Assembly: GCA_017478185.1 (NCBI GenBank) | Contig: JAFVEA010000009.1 | Coordinates: 235,858 to 259,857 of the forward strand | DNA from: Clostridia bacterium | GTDB lineage: Bacteria; Bacillota; Clostridia; Christensenellales; UBA1242 | Length of the DNA stretch: 24,000 bases | Direction: 5' to 3' | Shown here: positions 9,986 through 18,116 of the stretch, in pieces | How the letters are laid out: each line of letters starts with the position of its first letter | Numbering within the stretch: the stretch's first letter is position 1 | Notes under the pieces: model-generated | Seen by the model: only the letters and a program-made list of their open reading frames with translations | What the model was told of the DNA's origin: nothing | Database searches by the model: none | Made by a program: the position numbers and the translations under genes

Positions 9986-10477
9986 ATGAGGTTGGATATG
10001 AGTGAAGTTTCAGGTTATTTGTTAAGCGTTGTTGGAGTTGTTTTGTTTTCTATTGTTTTAGACTTAATATTAAGCGATGGAACAACAAAAAAGTATATTA
10101 AAAGCATTATGTCTTTAATACTCATTTTTGTTTTGGTTAGCCCGCTCCCAAAAATAATTAAAAATGATTTAGATTTTTCTTTTATAAATAGCTCAGTAAA
10201 ATTAAATGAAGAATATCAAAATGTTGTTTTTGAGCAACAAAAAAATCAAACGGAAAAAGATTTAGAAAAGTTTCTTTTTAATGAAGGATTTAAAAACATA
10301 AAAATAACAATTTGGGCAGATAACTTAAATGGCTTTAAGATTAACACTATTTTTGTCGATTTAACAGGTTTGGTTCTAGCAGAAAAAAATCAGCATATAA
10401 ATAAATATGAGGCTATAAAAATCTTGCTTATAAAACAAACTGGAATTAAAGAGGAGCAGGTGATTTTTAATGATTAA
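9986..10477 (+). CDS. spoIIIAF: Stage III sporulation protein AF
   Basis: Two N-terminal TM helices plus a soluble domain; called from position in the operon. The ATG at 9998 (GAGG 6 nt upstream) is an equally likely or better start. Confidence 0.8.
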   Translation: MRLDMSEVSGYLLSVVGVVLFSIVLDLILSDGTTKKYIKSIMSLILIFVLVSPLPKIIKNDLDFSFINSSVKLNEEYQNVVFEQQKNQTEKDLEKFLFNEGFKNIKITIWADNLNGFKINTIFVDLTGLVLAEKNQHINKYEAIKILLIKQTGIKEEQVIFND

Positions 10478-11045
10478 GTTTGATTTTTTAAATAAGTTTA
10501 AGTGGTTTCAAAAATTAAAAAGCATAAAACACATAAAGCTAATTCTTGTTTTGTTTTTAACTGTTTTAATAATATTTATTTACTTTTATGATTTTAAATC
10601 CACTTCAAAAACTTCAAAAAACGTAACACAAACTTCAGGCAGTTCCTCAACTTCAGTTTATGCCAAAGAACTTGAGCAAAGGTTAGAAAACACTTTGTCA
10701 AAAATCAGTGGAGCTGGAGAAGTTAAAGTTATGATAACTTTTAATGGAGTAACAGAACTTGTTCTTGCCAATCAAAAAGATGAAAAAACAACCTCAACAA
10801 AAAATTCAACATCAAGTGGGACAAATGAATCAGAAACAACAACAGTTAGCACGGAGCCAATTTTAATAACTGAAAATGGGGCAACAAATCCAATTGTTTT
10901 AATGGAAATTTTGCCAGAGATAAAAGGAGTTATTGTTGTTGCACAAGGGGCAGACAACATAAGAGTTAAGTTAGACTTATTAAAAGCCGTGCAGGCACTG
11001 CTTTTGGTTGAATCAAATCAAGTGGAAATTTTTAAAGGAAATTAA
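10470..11045 (+). CDS. spoIIIAG: Stage III sporulation protein AG
   Basis: 191 aa. N-terminal TM, Ser/Thr-rich insert, GAGEVKVMITF... and EIKGVIVVAQGADN blocks typical of the SpoIIIAG ring-building domain. Confidence 0.8.
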   Translation: MIKFDFLNKFKWFQKLKSIKHIKLILVLFLTVLIIFIYFYDFKSTSKTSKNVTQTSGSSSTSVYAKELEQRLENTLSKISGAGEVKVMITFNGVTELVLANQKDEKTTSTKNSTSSGTNESETTTVSTEPILITENGATNPIVLMEILPEIKGVIVVAQGADNIRVKLDLLKAVQALLLVESNQVEIFKGN

Positions 11046-11059
11046 AAGGAGAATTTATT

Positions 11060-11542
11060 ATGTTTACTAAAAAAAAGAAAATAATAGTTTTAACATCAAT
11101 GGTGGCGCTACTTGTTTTAACTGGATTTTTAAATTTAACACTAAATCAACAAGCAATTTCAACAACATCAACACAAACTGTGCAAACATCATCTCAAAGC
11201 TTTTTTGAGGCTTACAGAATTGATAGAAACACAGCAAGAGAACAACAATCACTTTATTATAAAGCAATAATTGAAAGCGAAAACTCAACACAAGAAGCAA
11301 AACAAGAAGCACAAACAAATTTAAATTTAATGGCATCAAAACAAGAACAAGAACTTGTTTTAGAAAGTTATATTTTGGCAAAAGGCTTTAATGATGCAGT
11401 GGTGTCTTTTACGGATAACTATGTTAATGTTATGGTTAAAGGAGCTGAGCTAACCGAAGCTCAAGTGGCTCAAATTGTTGAAGTTGTTCAACAGCAAACT
11501 TCAAAATCTATAGATAATATAAAAATTATACCCGTTGAATAG
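11060..11542 (+). CDS. spoIIIAH: Stage III sporulation protein AH
   Basis: 160 aa. N-terminal TM. FFEAYRIDRNTAREQQ resembles the SpoIIIAH FF..aRl.Re motif. Last gene of the operon. Confidence 0.75.
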   Translation: MFTKKKKIIVLTSMVALLVLTGFLNLTLNQQAISTTSTQTVQTSSQSFFEAYRIDRNTAREQQSLYYKAIIESENSTQEAKQEAQTNLNLMASKQEQELVLESYILAKGFNDAVVSFTDNYVNVMVKGAELTEAQVAQIVEVVQQQTSKSIDNIKIIPVE

Positions 11543-11571
11543 TTGCGCTAAAAAAAAATATATGTTATACT
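11543..11571 (+). promoter_or_regulatory. Sigma-A-type promoter upstream of the asp23-like gene
   Basis: -35 TTGCGC (11543-11548), 17-nt spacer, extended -10 TGTTATACT (11563-11571). Confidence 0.45.
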
Positions 11572-11602
11572 TTTTGTATATTTAAAGAGGAAGTATTTAT
11601 AT

Positions 11603-11971
11603 ATGAATCTAAAAACTCAGAATGTTGCAAGTGACGGTTTGGTAACTTATAATAAAAATATTTTGTTGTCAATAATAAATTTAGCAGCAAAAGAAATAAG
11701 CGGAGTGGCTTCGCTTTGCGCTAATTTTGGTGGTAATTTTTTTAAAAAGTTATTTTCAAAAAATTATTATGAAGGCGTTCACGTTTCAAACACAAAAGAT
11801 GGTTTAATAGTTGATATTTATTTAAACATATATTCAAACTATAATGTTGCAGATGTGGCGTTTAGAGTTCAAGAAAATGTTAAAACAGGAATTATGTCTA
11901 TGATAAATATGTCAATAAGTTCAATAAATGTTAGAGTTATGGGCGTTGAGTTTGTTGAAAACAAAAAATAA
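11603..11971 (+). CDS. Asp23/Gls24-family (alkaline shock protein-like) protein, counterpart of B. subtilis YqhY
   Basis: 122 aa. The IINLAAKEISGVASL motif and the conserved position just upstream of nusB match Bacillus/Clostridium synteny. Confidence 0.8.
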   Translation: MNLKTQNVASDGLVTYNKNILLSIINLAAKEISGVASLCANFGGNFFKKLFSKNYYEGVHVSNTKDGLIVDIYLNIYSNYNVADVAFRVQENVKTGIMSMINMSISSINVRVMGVEFVENKK

Positions 11972-11977
11972 AATATT

Positions 11978-12003
11978 CCCTCTTTTTAAGAGGGTTTATT
12001 TTT
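11978..12003 (+). terminator. Hairpin plus T-tract between asp23-like and nusB (terminator or attenuator)
   Basis: CCCTCT / AGAGGG stem, TTTTA loop, then TTTATTTTT. It ends only 17 nt before the nusB ATG, so read-through must feed nusB unless there is an unseen promoter. Confidence 0.6.
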
Positions 12004-12019
12004 GTTGGAGGGAATTAAA

Positions 12020-12415
12020 ATGAGCAGAAAAAATGCAAGAGAAAAAGCATATCAAATATTGTTTGGATTAAAAAGCTTTGATAATGATGAGCAGTGGCAA
12101 ACTTCTCTTTCTGAAATGCAAAAAGAGTGGAATTTAGATGACGAAGATATATCTTTTGCAAAAGATATATGTTTTGGTGTTGTTAAAAATTTTGAAAGCT
12201 TAAAACAAATTCTTGAAAAAAATTTAAAAGGTTATAGTTTTGAAAAGCTTTATAGGTCAGATAGAACCATACTTTTAATTGCTTTATATGAACTTAATCA
12301 CACAACAACGCCTCAAAAAGTTGTTATAAATGAAGCTGTTGAAATTAGCAAAAAATATGGCATTGAAAAAAGCCCAAAGTTTGTTAATGGAGTTTTGTCA
12401 GGAGCGATAAAATAA
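12020..12415 (+). CDS. nusB: Transcription antitermination factor NusB
   Basis: MSRKNAREKAYQILF N-terminus and VINEAVEISKKYG...PKFVNGVL C-terminal motif. GGAGGG SD before the ATG at 12020. The track start at 12002 is a TTG extension. Confidence 0.9.
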   Translation: MSRKNAREKAYQILFGLKSFDNDEQWQTSLSEMQKEWNLDDEDISFAKDICFGVVKNFESLKQILEKNLKGYSFEKLYRSDRTILLIALYELNHTTTPQKVVINEAVEISKKYGIEKSPKFVNGVLSGAIK

Positions 12416-13602
12416 TGGAAAATATGATAAGTGTAACGCAATTTTCCACTTATGTTAAACAGATTTTTAGCGCTGAGGAACTACTTCAAAACATACAAAT
12501 TTATGGAGAAGTTTCAGATTTAAAAATCTCAAGAGGAACAGCATATTTCAGCTTAAAAGATAGTGATGCGCTTTTGCCTTGTGTTGTGTTTAATTTTGAA
12601 GGTCAAAATTTCAGCCTCCAAGAAGGCGATATGGTCATTGTTAGAGGAAGCCCAAATTATTACATAAAAGGTGGGAGATTTTCTTTTGTTGTAAAAGAGA
12701 TAAAAGCTTATGGTCTAGGGCTTATTTATCAGCAGTTTTTAGAGATGAAAAACAAGCTTGAAAAAGAAGGTTTGTTTAACAAAGAAACAAAAAAACCTCT
12801 TCCAAAAAACATAAAAAAAATTGGAGTTATAACCTCACAAACGGGTGCGGTTATACAAGATATTATTGATATTTCAAGGCGCAGAAATCCAATGCTTAGC
12901 ATTTTGTTGTTTCCGGCAAAAGTTCAAGGAATTGGCGCAGAAAACACCATCATAAGTGGATTAAAAGAACTAGACAAAACTGATGTTGATGTTATAATAA
13001 TCGCAAGAGGTGGGGGCTCGCTTGAAGATTTAAGCCCATTTAACACTGAAGCTATTGCAAGAGCAATTTATGAAACACAAAAAATGGTTATAAGCGCTGT
13101 TGGGCATGAAACGGATTTCACAATTGCCGATTTTGTTTCAGACCTCAGAGCTCCAACGCCATCAGCAGCAGCCGAAATTGTTTCTGTTGACACAGCATCT
13201 CTTTATGAAAGAATGAACACAGCTCTTCAAAAAATAGAACAAGCTGAAAACAAAATCATAACAAATTATTTTGAAAAATTAAATAATCTAACAGAAGATA
13301 TAGTTTATCAAACAGAAAACTATTTAACACAAAAATATATTCCATTAAAAGATATGTTAATAGGCATAAAATATGAAATAGACAAATTTTTAACCAAAAA
13401 AGAACAAAATTTTAAACTTCTTTTAAGCAAAATTGAACTAAACAACCCAATTTCAATTTTAAGCCATGGATATGCAACCATTGAAAAAAACAATCAAAGA
13501 ATAACAAAGTTAGAAGAGATTAAAATTGGTGATGAAATTGTTGTTAATTTAAGTTGTGGAAATATATTTGCAAATGTAACAAAAAAGGAGCAAAATAAAT
13601 GA
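12415..13602 (+). CDS. xseA: Exodeoxyribonuclease VII large subunit
   Basis: 395 aa. OB-fold N-terminus (VSDLKISRGTAYFSLKD), then the IGVITSQTGAVIQDI and ARGGGSLEDL motifs. Confidence 0.9.
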   Translation: MENMISVTQFSTYVKQIFSAEELLQNIQIYGEVSDLKISRGTAYFSLKDSDALLPCVVFNFEGQNFSLQEGDMVIVRGSPNYYIKGGRFSFVVKEIKAYGLGLIYQQFLEMKNKLEKEGLFNKETKKPLPKNIKKIGVITSQTGAVIQDIIDISRRRNPMLSILLFPAKVQGIGAENTIISGLKELDKTDVDVIIIARGGGSLEDLSPFNTEAIARAIYETQKMVISAVGHETDFTIADFVSDLRAPTPSAAAEIVSVDTASLYERMNTALQKIEQAENKIITNYFEKLNNLTEDIVYQTENYLTQKYIPLKDMLIGIKYEIDKFLTKKEQNFKLLLSKIELNNPISILSHGYATIEKNNQRITKLEEIKIGDEIVVNLSCGNIFANVTKKEQNK

Positions 13603-13805
13603 CTTTTGAACAAAATGTTAAAAGATTAGAAGAAATATTAGAAGAATTAGAATCTGGCAAGATATCTTTAGATGAAGCAAACAAGCTTTTTCAAGAAGCA
13701 ATCAGTTTGTCTAAAAAAAGTTATGAAATGCTTAGTGAGTCAAAAGGCAAAATAACTGTTTTGAAAAAAGAAATTGAAAGTTTTGTTGAAAAACCTTATG
13801 AATAA
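13599..13805 (+). CDS. xseB: Exodeoxyribonuclease VII small subunit
   Basis: 68 aa. FEQNVKRLEEILEELESGKISLDEANKLFQEA is the canonical XseB helix. ATGA overlap with xseA. Confidence 0.9.
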   Translation: MTFEQNVKRLEEILEELESGKISLDEANKLFQEAISLSKKSYEMLSESKGKITVLKKEIESFVEKPYE

Positions 13806-13841
13806 GGTGATAACTTTTGTTTGTTTTTAATATAATAATAT

Positions 13842-14444
13842 ATGCGGGCAGAACAAAACGAGCAAAACATAGAAGTTTTATCTAACAAAAACACAAAGCA
13901 TAAATTTAGTGGAAAATTATGGTATTTAGAACTGTTTTTTTCCTCTCTTTTTTTGTGTTTTATGTTTGCAATCATATCTCAATTAACTTTATTAAATTCT
14001 GGTTTAGCGCTGGCACTTTTTTTGGTTTTGGTGTTGATTTTTGTTTCTGTTTTGTTTGATATAATAGGCGTTGCAGTTGCTGCCAGCAACATAAAACCAT
14101 TTTTAGAACTTAAAAAAGCAGGAAAAACAAAAGGCGTTAATATGGCAATAAAAATGGTGAAAAATGCCGATAGAGTGTCTTCAATTTGCACTGATGTTGT
14201 TGGAGATATTTGCAGCATTGTTAGTGGCGCAAGCGGTGTGGCAATTTCAATTATAATAATATCAGAACTTCCAAGCATAAGCAGTGCAGTTTTATCCACT
14301 TTGATTAGCTCGTTTATTGCCGCCCTAACTGTTTTGGGGAAAGCTGTGGGCAAATCATTTGCGTTAAATTCTTCAACAAAAATTTTGTTGTTTTTTGGCA
14401 AGATTTTAGAATTTTTTAGTTTTAAAAAAAATAAAAAAAATTAA
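13842..14444 (+). CDS. Hypothetical membrane protein (tentatively CNNM/DUF21-like transmembrane pattern)
   Basis: 200 aa, with 3-4 hydrophobic helices flanking a Lys-rich loop (LELKKAGKTKGVNMAIKMVKNADRV). No SD. The ATG lies 6 nt after a TATAAT (13831-13836). The family call is a weak impression only. Confidence 0.7.
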   Translation: MRAEQNEQNIEVLSNKNTKHKFSGKLWYLELFFSSLFLCFMFAIISQLTLLNSGLALALFLVLVLIFVSVLFDIIGVAVAASNIKPFLELKKAGKTKGVNMAIKMVKNADRVSSICTDVVGDICSIVSGASGVAISIIIISELPSISSAVLSTLISSFIAALTVLGKAVGKSFALNSSTKILLFFGKILEFFSFKKNKKN

Positions 14445-14475
14445 AGCAATCATAAAAAATTGATTGCTTTTTTTG
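14443..14475 (+). terminator. Rho-independent terminator
   Basis: Perfect 10-bp stem AAAGCAATCA / TGATTGCTTT, 8-nt loop, T5 tail. Confidence 0.8.
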
Positions 14476-14512
14476 TTCATTTGTTCTATAATAAAAATTA
14501 GAACAAATGTTT
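14464..14512 (+). promoter_or_regulatory. recN promoter with a LexA (Cheo-box)-like operator
   Basis: -35 TTGCTT (14464-14469), 17-nt spacer, -10 TATAAT (14487-14492). GAACAAATGTTT (14501-14512) fits GAAC-RNRY-GTTY. A perfect 11-bp inverted repeat CATTTGTTCTA (14478-14488) / TAGAACAAATG (14499-14509) brackets the -10. Confidence 0.55.
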
Positions 14513-14525
14513 GAGGTGAATTTTT

Positions 14526-16190
14526 ATGATAACAAAATTAAGAATACAAAATTTTGCACTAATTGAAGATTTAACTTTAAATTTAACAAACAATTTGGTT
14601 GTTTTTAGCGGAGAAACTGGGTCTGGAAAATCTATTATAATAAATGCAATAAATTTTTTGATAGGAGAGCGGGCCGACAAAACTTTTATTCGAAATGAAA
14701 GTGATTTTATGCAAGTTGATGGAATTTTTAAGATAAGTGAAAAAGCTAAAAAAATCTGTGAAAATTTTGGAATAAAAGCGGATGATGAGCTTTTAATTAC
14801 AAGAAAAATTTCATTAGATGGCAAGTCTGAAGCAAGGGCAAATGGTGAGATTATAACAATATCTATGTTAAAACAAATAACAGAAGCTTTGGTTGATGTT
14901 TGTGGTCAGCATCAAAATCAAAGTTTGTTAAATCCTTTAAACCACCTAACTTTTTTGGATGAATATAATTACCCACAAAGCCTAAATGATTTAAAAAAAG
15001 TTATTCAAAACCTAAAAATTGTTCATCAAAATCTTAAAAAATTTGGTGGTGATGATGCTTCAAGAGAGCGAGAAAAAGATATTTTAAATTTTGAACTTAG
15101 TGAATTAGAAAATGCTGAAATTGTTGAAGGCGAAGATGAAATTCTCCAAGAAAAACAAAAATTATTTCAGCACACTCAAAAATTGCTGGAGGCAATAAGT
15201 TTGGCAAGTGCTTGTTTAAGCGGTGATGACAACTTTTCTGTTGATAATTGCTTGTATGGCGCAATAAAAAACTTAAATTCAGTTATAAATATTGATAAAA
15301 ACATAGAAAATGAGTATAACAGATTAAATTCAGTTCAAATTGAGTTAAGTGACATAAAACAAAGTTTAGAAGATGTATTAAATGGTTATGATTTTAGTGA
15401 AGAAGAGTTTTTAAGGGTGGAAAACAGACTTTCACTTTTAAAAAACATAAAAAGGAAGTATGGTGGCAGTTTAAGTGAGGCTTTAAATTATCAAAAAAGC
15501 TTAAAAGAAAAGTTGTATTTTTTAGAAAATAGCGAACAAGAAATTAAAAAATTAACAGAAGAAAAAAATGATTTAACAAAAAAAGCTTATGATTTGTGTG
15601 AAAAAATAACAAAACACAGAAAAACTATTGCAAAAATTTTTGAACAAAAAATAAAAGAAGAATTATCCACTCTTGGAATGGAAGAAGCAAAACTTGTTGT
15701 TGATTTTAAACAAAAAGAGATTTTTGATGAAAATGGCATTGATGAAATAAATTTTATGTTTTCAGCCAACATAGGAGAACCCCTAAAGCCTTTAACAAAA
15801 GTTATTTCAGGTGGAGAAATGTCTAGATTTATGCTTGCTTTTAAAACTGTTTTGGGGAACAAAAACAGCACACCAACCCTTTTGTTTGATGAAATAGACA
15901 GCGGAATTGGTGGCGAAACTGGTTATATGGTTGGCCTAAAGCTTAAAAGTTTGGCAAAAAATGCTCAAGTTATTGTTGTAACACACCTAGCTAGCATTGG
16001 TGCTATGGCAGACAAGCATTTTAAAGTTTTTAAAACTCTTAAAACAAGCAGAACAATCACAAATGTTTTAGAGCTAACAGAACAAGAAAAATTAACTGAA
16101 ATAGCTCGGCTTGCGGGTGGGTTTGAAGGAGATTTTGCAAAGGATTATGCAAAAAAGCTAAAATTAAAAGTTGGCCAGTTAAGCGCTTAA
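14526..16190 (+). CDS. recN: DNA repair protein RecN
   Basis: 554 aa. N-terminus LRIQNFALIEDLTLNL, Walker A GETGSGKS, long coiled-coil middle, signature SGGEMSRFMLA, Walker B LLFDEIDSGIGG. Confidence 0.95.
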   Translation: MITKLRIQNFALIEDLTLNLTNNLVVFSGETGSGKSIIINAINFLIGERADKTFIRNESDFMQVDGIFKISEKAKKICENFGIKADDELLITRKISLDGKSEARANGEIITISMLKQITEALVDVCGQHQNQSLLNPLNHLTFLDEYNYPQSLNDLKKVIQNLKIVHQNLKKFGGDDASREREKDILNFELSELENAEIVEGEDEILQEKQKLFQHTQKLLEAISLASACLSGDDNFSVDNCLYGAIKNLNSVINIDKNIENEYNRLNSVQIELSDIKQSLEDVLNGYDFSEEEFLRVENRLSLLKNIKRKYGGSLSEALNYQKSLKEKLYFLENSEQEIKKLTEEKNDLTKKAYDLCEKITKHRKTIAKIFEQKIKEELSTLGMEEAKLVVDFKQKEIFDENGIDEINFMFSANIGEPLKPLTKVISGGEMSRFMLAFKTVLGNKNSTPTLLFDEIDSGIGGETGYMVGLKLKSLAKNAQVIVVTHLASIGAMADKHFKVFKTLKTSRTITNVLELTEQEKLTEIARLAGGFEGDFAKDYAKKLKLKVGQLSA

Positions 16191-16260
16191 TTAAATATTT
16201 TTTACATACATATTTTTATATTATTTAAAAAGACTATATTCTATGGGAGTATGGTCTTTT

Positions 16261-17301
16261 ATGTTTGAAAAAATAAAAAATTCAATGTTAAAATTTTTGT
16301 TTATTACTTTTTTAATGTTTTATTTTTTAAATCCGCAAGCGTCTATTAAGGAGTGTTTTTCGGCCACTTCACAACAAATGGTTTCAAAAGTGATTTTGGG
16401 TGGGGAAAGTGTTGGTTTTGAATATTTTGGTGATGGAGTTTTGGTGGTTTCAAACAATAGAGTTTTGTTGGCAGAAAGTTACATAAACAACATAAACAAC
16501 TTGGTTTTAACTGGTGGGGATATAATAAAAAGCATAAATGACCAAAATGTTTTTAATTCAAAACAAATATCAGACATTTTAAATGGTCAAGATGCTGGAA
16601 AAGAAGTTAAAATAGATTTTATTCGAAATGGAAAAGTTTGTCAAACTTTTTTAAATCCAGAATATGATGTTTTTGCAAAAAAATTTAAATTGGGCGTTTG
16701 GGTTAAAGATGAAATAAGTGGGGTTGGAACATTAACATACATAAATCCTAAAACAGGTTATTTTGGAGCACTTGGGCATCCAATAACAACAAACACTGGT
16801 CAAAAACTTGGGGTTAAATCTGGAACAATTTATAATTGTGATATTGTTGATATAGCAAAAGGTTCAAAAGGGGTTCCAGGGGAACTTAAAGGAGTTATAT
16901 CCAGAGATAAAGCCATTGGTTCAGTTCACAAAAACAGTGATTTTGGAGTTTTTGGAACAATAAAAGACAAAAAGATGTTATCAAGACAAAATCTTGTTGA
17001 TATTGGTGGAAAAAACACCATAAAACCAGGTAAGGCAACAATGTTTTCTTGTGTTGATAATAATGAAGTTAAGGGATATGAGATACAAATTATTAAAACA
17101 AGTTATCAATCAGTTTCAAATGATAAAAGTTTTGTTATAAAAGTTGTTGATGAAAATTTAATTAAAAAAACTGGTGGAATAGTTCAAGGTATGAGCGGAA
17201 GCCCCATAGTTCAAAATGGAAAGCTTGTTGGAGCTGTTACGCATGTTTTTACCAATGATGCAACAAAGGGTTTTGGAATTTATATAGACTGGATGTTATG
17301 A
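16261..17301 (+). CDS. spoIVB: SpoIVB signalling peptidase (S55 family)
   Basis: N-terminal TM, PDZ-like segment (GDIIKSINDQNV), GIGTLTY-type motif (GVGTLTYINP), catalytic-Ser motif GMSGSPIV. The ATG at 16261 has GGGAG 11 nt upstream; the track start at 16243 is less likely. Confidence 0.9.
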   Translation: MFEKIKNSMLKFLFITFLMFYFLNPQASIKECFSATSQQMVSKVILGGESVGFEYFGDGVLVVSNNRVLLAESYINNINNLVLTGGDIIKSINDQNVFNSKQISDILNGQDAGKEVKIDFIRNGKVCQTFLNPEYDVFAKKFKLGVWVKDEISGVGTLTYINPKTGYFGALGHPITTNTGQKLGVKSGTIYNCDIVDIAKGSKGVPGELKGVISRDKAIGSVHKNSDFGVFGTIKDKKMLSRQNLVDIGGKNTIKPGKATMFSCVDNNEVKGYEIQIIKTSYQSVSNDKSFVIKVVDENLIKKTGGIVQGMSGSPIVQNGKLVGAVTHVFTNDATKGFGIYIDWML

Positions 17302-17307
17302 TTTTTG

Positions 17308-17348
17308 TAAAATATTTTAAAATATTGTTGATTATTTTAAAATATTGT
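17308..17348 (+). repeat. Phased AT-rich direct repeats in the spo0A promoter region
   Basis: ATTTTAAAATATTGT occurs at 17314-17328 and 17334-17348. The core TAAAATATT occurs at 17308, 17318 and 17338 (spacing 10 and 20 bp). Confidence 0.7.
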
Positions 17349-17356
17349 GCTATACT
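17328..17356 (+). promoter_or_regulatory. Sigma-A-type promoter of spo0A
   Basis: -35 TTGATT (17328-17333), 17-nt spacer, extended -10 TGCTATACT (17348-17356). GGGGGA SD at 17376-17381. Confidence 0.5.
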
Positions 17357-17391
17357 CAAAACAGAAAGCAAAATCGGGGGATGTAAAAAGT

Positions 17392-18075
17392 ATGTATGGC
17401 ATATACTATTCAGAAGAAAATGAATTTATAAATTCTAATTTAAAAATACTGCTAGACAAAAATGATATTTGTTTGGATTATACAAACAAAATAAATGAAT
17501 TACTCAAAAAAGTGTTAAATTTTAGACCTAATTTAATATTTTTGCAATTTAAAACAAAAGAATTTAAAAAATTATTTTATGATATTTTTTCAAAAGAATC
17601 TATGTTTTATATGCCGTATGTTTTCATTATTGATGAAAATTCTTGCAAAAGCCAAAATGGAGAGAGCTTGGAAGAGGTTTTAGAAAAAATAAAATATCCA
17701 AAAATGGAAAATATAAATAAAAATATACCAATAAATATTTTAAAAAATTTAAACACTTTATTGGTTGGGATGGGCTTTTCAGCAAAAAACAGAGGATTAA
17801 TATTTTTGAAAGATGCTATAAAATATTATGTTTTTTCTTCAACAGAAAAAGATATAACAATAACAAAAGTTTTGGATTATGTTTCAAAAATTCATAAAAC
17901 AAATGTTGAAAATGTTGAACGAAGCATACGAGTTGCGATAAATGTTGCTTGGGCAAAAATCAAGCCAAAAGAAGCAAGCGCTTTTTCTGGGGTTGATGAA
18001 ATTTATTTTTTAACAAAGCCCACAACAAAACAATTTATTATTGATATTAGTGATATATTGCTTTCAAAAGCTTAA
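17392..18075 (+). CDS. spo0A: Spo0A-like sporulation master regulator with a degenerate (pseudo-)receiver domain
   Basis: The C-terminal domain is collinear with the Spo0A effector domain (ITKVLDYVSKIHKTNVENVERSIRVAINVAW ... KPTTKQFI). The gene lies directly after spoIVB, as in Bacillus and Clostridium. The start at 17392 is supported by the SD and by the promoter overlapping the track start at 17347. Receiver anomalies are described in the findings. Confidence 0.8.
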   Translation: MYGIYYSEENEFINSNLKILLDKNDICLDYTNKINELLKKVLNFRPNLIFLQFKTKEFKKLFYDIFSKESMFYMPYVFIIDENSCKSQNGESLEEVLEKIKYPKMENINKNIPINILKNLNTLLVGMGFSAKNRGLIFLKDAIKYYVFSSTEKDITITKVLDYVSKIHKTNVENVERSIRVAINVAWAKIKPKEASAFSGVDEIYFLTKPTTKQFIIDISDILLSKA

Positions 18076-18116
18076 TTTTATTGCATAAATAAACATTTTA
18101 AAACATATTTTTTAAT

